Origin: Podarcis vaucheri
Taxonomy: Eukaryota
Reading direction: 5' to 3' (one strand)
Assembly: GCA_965113315.1 (NCBI GenBank)
Contig: OZ220363.1
Length of the DNA stretch: 64,000 bases
This document shows positions 12,901-25,306 of the stretch, piece by piece (position 1 is the stretch's first letter; each line of letters begins with the position of its first letter). The translations under genes were made by a program, and so were the position numbers. The notes under the pieces were generated by a model, which worked only from the letters and a program-made list of their open reading frames with translations, was not told where the DNA came from and made no database searches.

Positions 12901-15900
12901 CATCTTGTGAAGCAAGCCCATTGACGGATTAGCGCTATTAGTGGCTATTAGCGGCTTATCTGCTGATCGGATCAGCTGATAAGCGGCTTAGCGGCTTAGA
13001 AAAAGGGGGGGGAGGAAAAAAAACCAGCAGGAACTCGCAAGGCATTGTCGTCTTGCGAAGCAAGCCCATAGGAAATTTGTTTTGCGAAGCACCTCCAAAA
13101 CGGAAAACCCTTTCGTCTAGCGGGTTTTCCGTCTTGCGAGGCATTCGTCTTGCGGGGCACCACTGTACCAGTGGCTACTAGTTTATTTTCCTGGCCATAT
13201 AAGTACCTCTTTAATCTTCCTTGCATTTTACCAATATGGAGCTTGCCAAAATTCCAAATTATTTTTGAAAACTAATTTTTAACAGGCACGTTTCAAGCTA
13301 TAATTTCCTTACATAGAAAACACTTCTATGTAGGAAACTGAGCAAGCATGAAAGACCAAAGAAAGAATTGCCACCAGGTCCCCCCCCCCCTACACATTTA
13401 CGTAAATAATTGTTTCTATACTAAATGCATGAAACTTCCTTCATCTACACATGAGTGGATGATTACCAAGTGCAGGCTTATCACTCTATGTATGGTCAAT
13501 TTTTTTAAAATTGTATATAGCCAAAGGCCTTTACAATGGATGACAGAGAATAAAAGGAAAACTTTCCTCTAAAATCATACATGTGGGTTTGATATATGTT
13601 TCCATTTGGAGGAACTTTCTAAATGGAAGATTGTAGTGTTAGGAACATAGGAATCTGCCTTAGACTGAACCAAGACCATTGATCCCTCTAGTTCATGTCT
13701 AGTTTAGACCTGGGGCCCATTTTTAGTTCAAACATGCTTTTGGGCATAAGCATCTTAATTTTTTACTACATATTTATAAGGTTGTGATGTAGTTGTTGTG
13801 CCCACCTTAAGTCATGTTGATCTGGTAGTAGATCTGGCACATTTTTGAAGATATAATGGTCTACACTGACCAGCTGCTCTCCAAGGTTTTGGACAGGGAT
13901 CTTTACCAGCCCAGTCTGTGGATGGCAGGGATTGAACCTGGCACTTTTACATGCAAAACGTGCTGCTACCCAGTAATGGCTTAAATGTAATGGTTAAAAA
14001 ATAATAATACAGGAAGGGCTTAGTTAATTTACATTTTCAGTTTCTGTCTCTTTAATGTATTTCTCATATTGGACTGTTGGGAGAAGGGACATCTTTACTA
14101 GATCAGATCCCCACTAAATTTGGCTCACTGTCCCATGCCTTTCTAATGTTGCTTTATTTTCCTCGCCTTTCTTTATTAGGATCTTCTGGGATGGTCAAGG
14201 AAGGATCTTCACAGCGAGTTTGGCTTTGTAGAAGTTGATCGGTCTGCTACCTTTGGCATGGGTTGGGCTGCTGGTGTTGGCAAGGTAGTTTGGCCTGGTG
14301 AGACAGAGCAGGATCGAGAATTTGGCACTGGCCCACAGGAGTGGCTGAGCTCATACAGTGATGCCAAAAGGCAGGATATGGAATTTGGTTCCAGCCAGAA
14401 AGTCTGGACCAGAGGAACACCATTGCAGGACAGTTCTAATCCAGGGCAAGAAGATTGGATCACTGCCTATGGCAGCAGTTGTGGTGACCAGAAGATTGAG
14501 GAGCCAGATTGGAGCAGCACATATAGCATCAGCACTGCTGAGTGTCAGGACCGAGAGCCATACGTGAGAAAACCAGGCTGGCCCAGACTCTGCAGTAATG
14601 AAGATGATCAGGAGAGCAGCAGGTCTGCTGCTGAGAAAATGGGTTGGAGCAGCCCCTATCACGGTGCTACTGAAAGAACTGACTGGCCCAATAAATACAG
14701 TGAAGAAAAGGATAGCTGTCCAGAATTGGAGGTCAACACAAAATCATCAGATGCATTTAGCAAATACGGTACTCACAGCCACCAGGATGCAGAGCTCAGT
14801 GCCAGGCATTTAGAGGGGCCCAGTGATCACAGTGCTGTCAATGTTGGCTCTCAGGATGCCACGTCCAGTGCCAGCCAGTCAGGCTGGCCTAGTGATTCCA
14901 ATGTTGACAGCAGGGCTAGCCCAGTGCGGTCAGAGTCCCATGCCAACCAGGTGGAGCAACCTAGTGAATATAGTGCCAATCATCCAGAATCCCAGGTTAG
15001 CATCCAACAGCGACTACGACCCAATACATATGGCTTTGATGATGGCAGCTGTCAGGAGTCTGAACTGAGTGTCAAACAGTCTGATTGGCCCAGCAGATAT
15101 GTCATGGGTATTCCCCAAAGCCATGATGGTGTGTTCAGTGCTGAAAAACCAGATGGAGCCAGTGAATATGATGATAATCAAACACGCTGGGAAAGAGAAC
15201 TCAGTATTGCAAGCAGAAGCAGCACCACTGAATTTGAGGCTGGTAATCTGGAGTACTGTGCCCGGAAGCCAGTCTGGGCTGATGATTACAACCTTAGGGA
15301 ATCTGATCTACAAGATAGTGATTTCCCCATTGCCACAACAGAATGGGTCAGAGACACTGATGTCTCGGCAACTAAACAAAATAACCAGTTAGGTGCTATA
15401 GGGAAGGACCGAGCTGGTAGTTTTGGTCCAATAGAGTTACCAAGTCTAAGTGTGACCGTGGATTTGGAGGAGACAGCTGGCAGCCTGGTAGGTCAGTCTA
15501 GAGACTTAATAGCAGTTGCTATGGATGAGCCTAGAGGAGTTGGAGAGGGGCAGCCTGAGTGGACTCAAGATCTTGGCCTCAGAGGCATGGATCTCTCAAA
15601 AGACTTGAAAGTTGGGAGCCCAGATGCATCTGAAAAACCTACAGAGAAGCAGCTTCATTGGTTTCCTTCCTTGGGTCTGGAAACCGTGTCTGCTTCATCA
15701 GATGTAAGGACTGTGAATCCAGAGGAGACCAGAGAACCTGGTGTGGGACAAGCAGATTTGGCCTACAGATCTGGCACTGAAAGCATGGAAGTGTCTGATT
15801 TGAGGCCCAAGGCTTTGGATGGGGCTGAGGAAGTAGATCTAATACAGATGGACTGGACTGGCGCAACTGGGATAAAGCATAAGGACAGCAGCTATCAGTT

Positions 15901-18900
15901 TGGAGCAATACCTTTGGATGGTGATGAGATGGAGCATCCAAGAGCAGCTGGAGTCTCTGGAGAAAGGTAAAGGCTGTATCCTAATGTATTATAAAAAGGT
16001 TCAGATGTTTTCATGCTTTAGTTCACTTGGTCTCCAACAGGTGCACTTCAGTGTGACAAGAGACCTATGAGAGCTTTCACAGTGGTATTAGAGGAGGATG
16101 AGAAGATGAAGGCAGGTGGGTAGGTTGCCCAGGCGATCTGCAGAGGAATTGCCAGGACATTTTCTGAGCAGCTGTGCTGCTGCTTCCGCCATATCCATTG
16201 CTATTCACCTCACACCAGTGATGCCATTTCAGCCTCAGCAGTGTCAGACAACAAGGGAAGTGAAGCAGGTGACCTGCCCAAGTGAGTCATAGAGGAACAG
16301 TTGGGACCCCTTGAGCAGCTTAATGTGGGTCAGACGGGTGTGTGTGTGTGTGTGTGTGTGTTGGTGAGTGAAGCAAGTGATGGCACAGCCCCATGTCTCT
16401 TAAGAAAGTTAGAATGGAAGTGGAAGGCTAAATGAATACAAGTGGACAATGGAATTGAAGTACTGATTTTGTTTTTGCATTGATTTCCTTTTGTAAATTC
16501 CTTTTGTAAAGTCAAAAGCACAGTTGCACACTTTTAATCGGTTTGCAACCATTCCCTTTCATCCCTCCATGTTACCCATTGTTAGTACAGCCAGTACCAC
16601 ATATTACTTTGTGTCTATGGTGCACAGCTGCTGAGGTAGGCCGTACAGCTACCTCTTGAAGCCAGAAATCTTTGTGGGAACCAGGAGAGGCAACTTCTAC
16701 GGCGCTGCAGTGTAGAAACACTGCCCAGGCAATGGAACTTCTTTCCCTCACTCCGTGTGTGGCCCCTAAATCTACTATGAGTTTCCCCCCAGTTCTCCAT
16801 AGCAGATTTGGGGATGGCATGGGTCACATTTGGTGGTGTGGGAGAGGGAAGAAGAGAGGGAGAAGGTTCCATCCAACAAATAAAATTCTTGTGGTGATGG
16901 AACTTTAGCTCAACATATTAGTTGAATATGGCCCTGAGGTTTAGAAGCAACAATCATAGTGTGTAACTCTTGTTTCTTTTGTGAGAAAATCCAGTGATGC
17001 TCCACTGCTACCCTCCATCTGGTCATGACAGCAACTGCACACCCAGTAGCCATGATGTGCACTGTTTTGTTTTTCTAACTGTGGAAACACAGTAGAGTAC
17101 TGTGGCTGTTGTAGAATGAAATCAGGCAGGCGGGGGGGGGGGGGGGGGCTGCAGCAGGTTACCTGGAGGTATATTTTTACTCTCCTTAGCTGACCAGACA
17201 AATGCCTAATGATACAGCTGCTGTTCTGCAAGAGCTGTCACCTTTGCTGTCGTATGATCAGTTCCACTGTCTTGTCTTGGGTTGGTGCCATGTTCAGCAG
17301 GAATGAGAAGAGGACTGATTCTTTTATGAATTGCTTCTAGTGTTTGGCTTTCAATTAGCTGTCTTGCTTCAGCAACATCCTGTACCAGCAGGTCCCATGT
17401 CTTATGCACATAATTAGCACTCTCATTCAGTATGCTCTGAAGTCACAACCTCTTTGTTATGGGTGAAAATGAGTGACAGTATCTATAATTCTCTTTCCTA
17501 TATTGTATTCTGTAAACATCTCTCTTCGTCATCACTTGTTTCTCTTCAGCCTTGGATTTGCTGACTAGTATTTTTAAAAAAATGATTCACTTCCCTCTGT
17601 GCCCCCCATGCCTCTTGCTGTGGTCCCTCATTTACGCAATTTTCTCCTGTGGCCCCCTTGGAATATCCTGGGCCCCAGCATATGGCCCCTGGTTGTGAAA
17701 CACTGCTCTAGATTGGAGTAGGAGTGCTTTGTCAGGATGTGAGGTGGCATTGCTCCCTCCTTTGAACATGTGCTTTTGAGCACCTCTTTTTTGGCAATAC
17801 ATTCTCCACAACTAGGTACTTGAGAGACCAGCAGCAAGTATGGCTTAAGGATTGTGCTGATGTGGAAGTGGCACACTATTTCAGAGGTAGGAACAGGTTC
17901 CATAACAGAAGTAGGTCAGAAGGGGTTGGACCAGGCCCTTGTGGTCTCTTCCTGGAATGAAGTGGTAGCTAATTCCCCCCCCCCCCGCACTCAAATCTGG
18001 ATCCATACCTGTATTGCTTTCACTAGGGAAATAACAATTTTGATGACTGTCCAGCTTCTTTGAAATGCAAAACAGAGTAGGAGTAGCAGACTGCACAAAC
18101 CCCTGTCGCCTTTCTCCCACTTTCCTAAACTTGAAACAATTTTCTTTTTATACAGCTAATGCTGTTGCCATCTTTCTATCACTTTCTGTGGGTTATAACC
18201 AGCATCTTTCTGTTCTAGCATTTGAGGAACTCATGTCACTGCTTGGAATAAGACTTCCAGATTGTGAGCTCTTTTAAATGCGAAGTCATCAAATTGGATT
18301 GTGATTATGGAAAGCAAAAGGGACAAGAAAGATAGTTTGCAGTGCTGCACTTTTTAAGCTAACCATGAAACAGGGGCAAGCTATTATTTATTAGTCACCA
18401 TTATGCTGGAGCCCCAAGTGGCCAACAGTGAAAATTAAATATATTAAATTTAATCAAGTACAGCAGCAAAAATGAACCATAGCAAACAAACAGACTAAAT
18501 ACTAAACTCCTCTTGAGCATAAGCCTCATTGTCATCAAGTTTATCAAATAATGTTAAAAGCACTGATTCGTAACATGTTGAAAATGTTGAAAGGCCTGGG
18601 GAAAGAACTGAAGTCTTCTCATCGTGCCCTCCATATATGTGTAGAAATTAGGAAGAATTGGGTCAGTTTCAATCTCAAATAACTGATTGCCATCATCTCG
18701 TCCTTGTAACCTAATGAAAATGGATAGTTATAGAGATGGCCTTGGCAACTGTAGAGAGAATTCAAGGAGAACAACAAGGTGTGACTTTCAATGCCATGCA
18801 CACAGCCATTTTAAAAGGTGCAGGTTTCACTCAAGGACTCTTCTTAGCTAAAAGATGTGCCTTCTGATTTGGCTAAAATGGGGGATGGAGAGAATTGAGG

Positions 18901-21900
18901 GTACAGCCAAGGTCACCCAGTGAACATCATGGCTGAGCATGGATATTAACTTGGGGCTCCCTAGTCCAAGCCTAGCATGCTGCCTTTCTCTGATGTGGAA
19001 TCCTTCTCATGTGCATGCCTAGTCATACTCTTGTTTTGAAGCTGCCTCTGCCTGTTTTGGTTGCTGCGTAACTTCCAGACAAAGGCTTTCTTGTATATTG
19101 GGTAATTTTGTACACTTGACACCCTTAAGCCGTGCATGGAGTGATTGAATCTCTCTGCTAATCCCTGCAACTCAAAATGAGAAACCAGGAAGTATCACCA
19201 TCCAAACCAGTGTAAATTGAATGAAAATTAATTAATGTGTTGTGTCTTGGGTACTCCCCCTCTTCATACTTACGTTCTTCGGGCCACAGAGGGAACAGAA
19301 TGCAGCAGTGCCTAGCAGCTCACTGAAGTTGATTAAGGCTATAATCCTATTGTCCAGTTTGCATGTAGCAGCCATGCTCTGAAATGAACTATAGCTTATC
19401 TTAAACAAGCAGTATACTTGTACATGGTGGTCGGATTGTGACCTCTGTGTTTGTCCTTTTTCAGAAGCACATCATTGCTGGCTTAGCATTGCATGCAAAC
19501 CGGCACTCATGGTTTGTTTCCCACTAAACAAACCACAAGTGGCAAACCAAAGACAAACCTCGATTTCTTACTCATGGTTTGTTTGAAAATGCTCCAAAAA
19601 CATGGGGTCATGGTAAACCGTAACTTTAGGCTATGGTTTACCATTACATGCTAACCAGGACTATGTGTGTTATGTGAGAGTAAGCCTCATTGAACAGAAT
19701 GGGACTTAATTCTCAGTAAGCATGCATAGGATTGTTCTTTTAGAGTTGCCCTTAAGGGAATGTAAAACCAAGGAGGTTGTCAAGCCAGGGTTTTTGCAGG
19801 CTGTGGGTTGTAAATTGGGCAGACATGTCATAACGGCAGCCTTTGGCCTGAGGAATCTGTAGTCTGTGGGGTAGCTACAGTTACATATTCCACACTCCTC
19901 ATTACAGTCCAGCCTTTTGAAATGGCCATATAGTATAGCCTGTATTTATTTTGGCAGTCGGGAAATGTGCAGGTTTATCTTTCCTCCTGTCTTCTCTAAT
20001 GCAAACTGTTGCTGCCTTGGATCGCATGAGCTTCCACCTGCATTGTGAAGTGGATATCCCTACGATGATTGTACCATGTGGCTTAAGTGTAGGGTCATGA
20101 TTTGAGTTCTCTTTGAGGTATTTGTACTCTTTGACCATTGGCAATTGTAGGTTTGAATCCTCTGTTGTGGGTTTGTCCATCTCTGATGCCTCCTTAGGCC
20201 TGCATCATGTTTGTAAGGTATTCATTCTCGCTTTGGCTGTCGAGTCCTGACCTTCACATACCGTCATTTCTTTTGTACAGTGAGGAGAAAAATGGCTTTG
20301 GGATGATTAGGAGATATGGAGATGCTTAGAGTTGGGGAGGGGGAATTTTGCTAGGATAGTGAGAGACCTGTTGATAAGAATTAAGAAGAACCTTACCCTA
20401 ATGTTCATTATCTAACATCCAAACAGAAAATTCCGTAGCGAGCGACTCTCCAGCCCCAGCTGCCTGCAGGAAGACATGGTTTCCAATAGTGCTGTCAAAG
20501 AGGTGGCCCAGCAGAAGAGACCTGCCTCCTTCCACAGCTGCCATTCAGAAGAAGAGAGGATACTGCGCAGCTTGCGTAATAACCAGGGGGCTCTTGCTGA
20601 AAGGGCTGAAGGACTGCCTTTCTCAGCAAAGGAGGATGGAAAAGCTTTGTCTGCTGCAGATGGTGGGGACAGCCAGTTAGACAGTGGAAATGGGAGTCAG
20701 CTACCCGTGGACCTGAGTGTGTTGAATCATCCAGAGCAAAATGGAAGTCAAGCTGCACAGCCCATATCACAGAAGGCTCCTGCTTCAGAGGGAGCTATTG
20801 CTCCTGAAGGGGAGAACTTCATCTTCTTAGAGGTAAGTAGTACTTAAGATGTTTCTGAGGTACCTGCTTGACCCCTGAGCCTTCTCTGCAGGATATGGGC
20901 TTATATGTGCACAGCAATTCTAAGGTTTGAGGGGCTTTTACATTACATTTAAATGCGTAGCTGATATAGAAACATGGGTTCCTAATGCTTTCTTTCAGGC
21001 AAATGCTACATTTCAGACCTGCTTTACAAAGGGTTTTGTCATCTTCTATAATTGCTTCTGGATTGAGAGGGATTGCTAAATCAGTAGAGCATGAGGCTGT
21101 TTATCTCAGGGTCATGGGTTTGAGCCCCATGTTGGGCAAAAGATGTTGCATTGCAGGGGGTTGGGCTAGATGACCCTCATGGTCCCTTCTAACTACAATT
21201 CCATGATTCTGTGATTCTATGTATAAAAATAGCTCATAACCTTGCCTTTTTTGGCTGTATTTTGGTAGCTGACTCCAGATAATATTTCAGGCTTCACAAG
21301 TTGACTCATGAGTCATGAGTCCTCCAACAAACAGCTTATGTCTTGCTGCTGAAGTAGAAATAAGCTGGAAGACTAGAGAGTGAGAAGAGAAATCTAAATC
21401 CTTTTTCTAATATTGCCATTTCAGTTGGGCAACCTTGAACCAAAGTTATTTTTGTCCCTTGGTTTTCTTGGCAAGCTGTAAATCATTTGTAGGAAAGGTT
21501 TCAGCCAACCACCCATGCCAGTCTGCCCAGAAGCCTTCCCACACAGCCTGGTGATGCCCTTGTGTTGTGCTACATGGGCAGAGCTAGTGTGTCCAGGCTT
21601 TTGGTAACCAGCCTCATCCCACACTTTAGACTTGAGTGACATCCCAGGACAATGTAAGGAGCCTGATGCAGTGCAATCTGGTTGGAAAAATTCATAAGCA
21701 GTTCTCCCTGCCTTCCTCTACTCATAGCTGTCAGTCGTTCACCTAAAATTTAGAAGGTGAGCTAACCATAGAAGAGTATTTGGGGCAGGAAATAGAAGAA
21801 AACCGACACATATTAACAGTTTTTAATGAAAGGACAAGTTGTTAATGGTTGAGCTCAGGCTTTGTGGGAATATGTGGATGTTTTGCTAGCTGTGGTCCTG

Positions 21901-24900
21901 CAAGCTGTGCATGTCTCTGGAAAGTGTATGAAGTACTCTTCAGTTTCTGCTCCTTGGAGGAACTGAAGCTGAGAAGGATCTATGGGGGCACTCTGGGTGT
22001 TGCTGTGCATTCATTGAGGGAGAAATGTGTTTCTCTGATCTCTTTGTTCTCCTCTTCTGTATGCTTTCAGGATACAGAGGTTCTTGACAACACTGTGTAT
22101 CGTGACCGTGTTAATTTGGGCCGTAAGCGAGGTCATCGTGCACCAGCCACCCGGTCTGGAGGGGCTCTTTCCGAGAATGACGGAGACAATTGGATGTTCA
22201 GAGATTCCACAGGTAGCATGGAGCGTTGCATCCTGGGCCTGGCATGTAGCCTTCATTGGTGTATTCCCAACATCTGTTACTGAAGCGGTTTTGGATGTGT
22301 TATCTCTTTGTGTCTTACTTGGTTATGTCATTTTGTGTGTGGCTTATTTTGTTAACTTACATTCTTGCCTTTCTTCACAAAAAGCTCTAGGCAGCTTGCA
22401 TATGATTCCCAGGCAGTGTTCACTACAGAGGCACTGCTTAGGGTCAGGCCATCTTAAGGTAGTTTATATCATGCTACACGTACAAGAATGCAAGTTTCTA
22501 TCTAGAGCTTCCAGTCTAGAATTTGACAGAGTGAAGAGGAGATAACCAAGGCAGCAGTATGTGGTTGCTTCAGTTACATGTTCTTAGGCTTTGTTATAGG
22601 CTTCAGCAGATGTGTCACATATAGCATGACTTGGTGTGACAAAAGTTTCCAACAGGAGTGTCCTATGTTGCCTGTCATTGCTGCGTTCTAGGCACTGCAC
22701 TTTAGATTATGTCATTCTTTTCCTCCTGTTGGGGCATGGATTAAAATGCGTCACATGGTGTCAGCATGGGTTCTTCTGCATTATAGCATTGCCATTTTCT
22801 TCCCTGTTTAGAGCCTCGAATAGTTTCTGCGGTCTCTGATGAAGAAGCCCCAGAGGAACCAAGGAGCAGGAAGTCACGAACATCTCCACTGTCAAAGGGG
22901 GTAAAGGTCCCTCTCTTCCCAGGGCTGAACCCATCGGCATTGAAGGTAGTACCTGGAAAGGGGTTGGGGACAGGATAAAGAATGACACAATGTTAACAAA
23001 ATGGGTTGGCTCTTAGAAACTGAGTGGCCTTTGCTATCAGGTAGTGGAATGTTAAATGTTAGAATTCCAAGCTGAAATCAAAGTACTGAATGAAAGGAGG
23101 GGGGAGAAAAACTCATGGAGAATGAGACAGTCAATGCTTCCAAGTCATGGTGGATAAACATTACTTCCATCATGCCACTGAACATCATTTGCTCAGGATC
23201 ACCAATGGTAGAATGCTATTGCACTCATATTTGATAGGCATCTGGTTAGCTACTATGAGGAACCAGGATGCTGGACTAATTAGCTAATAAACCTCTGGCC
23301 TATAGGCGGCCGGGGGTTTCAGGGGTTCAGGAAGGGGTTTGCATTGAAATCCTACTAAAATGGTGGAAAAAACATTTATTTTAGCAGGAGTTTCAATGTG
23401 AACCCATTGTGATAAGGAAGGGAAGTGCATGCATTAAAACCCCTGCTAAAATGAAAGGACGAAAAACCTTTGCTTTAGCAGTAGGTTCAATGCAAATCTC
23501 CTGTTATAAAAAGGTGTTGGCATTGAAAGCCCTGCTAAAACAAAATGTTTTTCACTGTTTTAGTGAGGTGATTGACAAATGGGTGGCCTTGCAAGGCTTG
23601 TTTTGGCCCACAGGGCTAGTTGTGTCCAATTTGGCTTGCAAGGCAATCCTGGCCCATGGAGCCAAAAGCTTCCACACACTTGAGATAGGTCTTTGCTTTG
23701 TCAGAGGAGATTACTATCTAACCTGCAGCCCCTGATGGTAAAGAAAGTGCAGGGGGCAGTTATGAGAAAAAACAGAAAATTGCCAATGATAGATCAGGGA
23801 GTAGGACAACTCTAAGCAAATGTTAGATGTTTTTCTAAATGCCTGCTTTTGTAAATTTGTTGTCCTCAATCCTAGGCCAAGTTGCGAGGCCGAAACCGTT
23901 CTGCTGAGGAAGGGGATCCACAAAGTGAGGCCAAGGAAACCCATGTTCAGCGCTCTAAATCGTGCAAGATTGCCAACATCACTGGGAAGCCTCTGGTGCT
24001 GCCACCCAAACCAGAGAAATCCTCAGGGTAGGTGTGTGGTGGTGGAAAATAACATATGTCGGTGGTGGTTATCCTGCTTGCTGCAGAACATGAGTGTGCT
24101 GCAACTCTTTCTGGCAACTATAGCAGAAGAAAGGCAGCAGCCAACAATAGACAGGAAATTAGGATAAAGATCATATATACTATCAGTGTTCTCAATTCTC
24201 CAAGTACCATTGCTTATGTAGTCAGAACATCACCACCCATGCACAAGAGGCAGCACCCCAGGTTTGCAGAAGTACAAAAAATCTTGAAGGAAGAAACCTT
24301 TTTGAGGGGAATGCCTCCTTCCCCAAAAAACATCCCATTGAGAACTAAGTGTGCTTAATGAGTACAGAATGTTCCTTGACTAGGGAAAACCAGGGATGGG
24401 GAAGAATGGAATGGAACAGCTGGAATCCCGAATGGAGGGCATTTGTTCAGTCATATGGACTTTGCTGGCCTATTGTTGGTCAGTTACAGGTGTCTGTATA
24501 CCATTTGTCCCTCTAAGTCATGGTCCTCTGTATGTTATCAGACTGAAACTCCCATTGTCCCTGACCGCTGGTCATGCTGGCTGGGGCTGAGGAGAGTTGC
24601 AGTCCATCCACATCTGGAAGACCACAAGTTCTACTCCCCCTCCCCCTTCTCTGCTCTGAACAATGCATAGTCATTCTTAGTTGGTGGAATGTTTTGTCTT
24701 TTTAGTGCTGGCATCGAATGAGACTCTGGCATGCCAACTAGTCAAGACCTCTTAGTGGTTGGCGTTCAGCTAGAGGGAAAGGGACAAAGGCATTTTGCGT
24801 TAAGACTCTTACCTGATTCAGACTCATGGCCTTTCCCTCCTCCTCTCTCTCCCCATTGTTGCTTTTTGAACATCCAGCCTGATAAAGAGTTCTGGGCAAC

Positions 24901-25262
24901 TTGAAAGCTTGTCTGCTGTTTTGTGACATTTTTGGTTGGCCTAATAAAAGTATTGTCCTAAAACAGATTTTGGAGTTCAGTGATGTGTTCCCAGCAAATG
25001 ACCTCGTGGGATATTCTCATTTTTAAAGTAAACTTTGCAGTTGTCTGCTCCCTCTTTGAGCATTCAAAAACTAATGTTACAAAAAGTTTGAAACTGGATG
25101 TACTCTTACTTTTGGAATTGCCTTCTCCCATGAGAACCTGCGCAGGAATGCTGTTCCGCTACAGAGGCCCCCTACTATATTCACTTGCTGTTAGAGACAC
25201 AGCTAACGGGCTGATGTCTGTGTGTGTGTGTGTGCATGTGTGTGTGTGTGAGAGAGAGAGAT

Positions 25263-25306
<44 letters not shown>

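Noticed and set aside
16022-16218. Longer versions of the intron 6 exon using acceptors at 16021 or 16040
   Set aside because: Both hit in-frame TGA codons in the required phase.
23341-23570. CRISPR array
   Set aside because: Vertebrate intron, degenerate units and no cas genes; treated as a tandem hairpin repeat instead.
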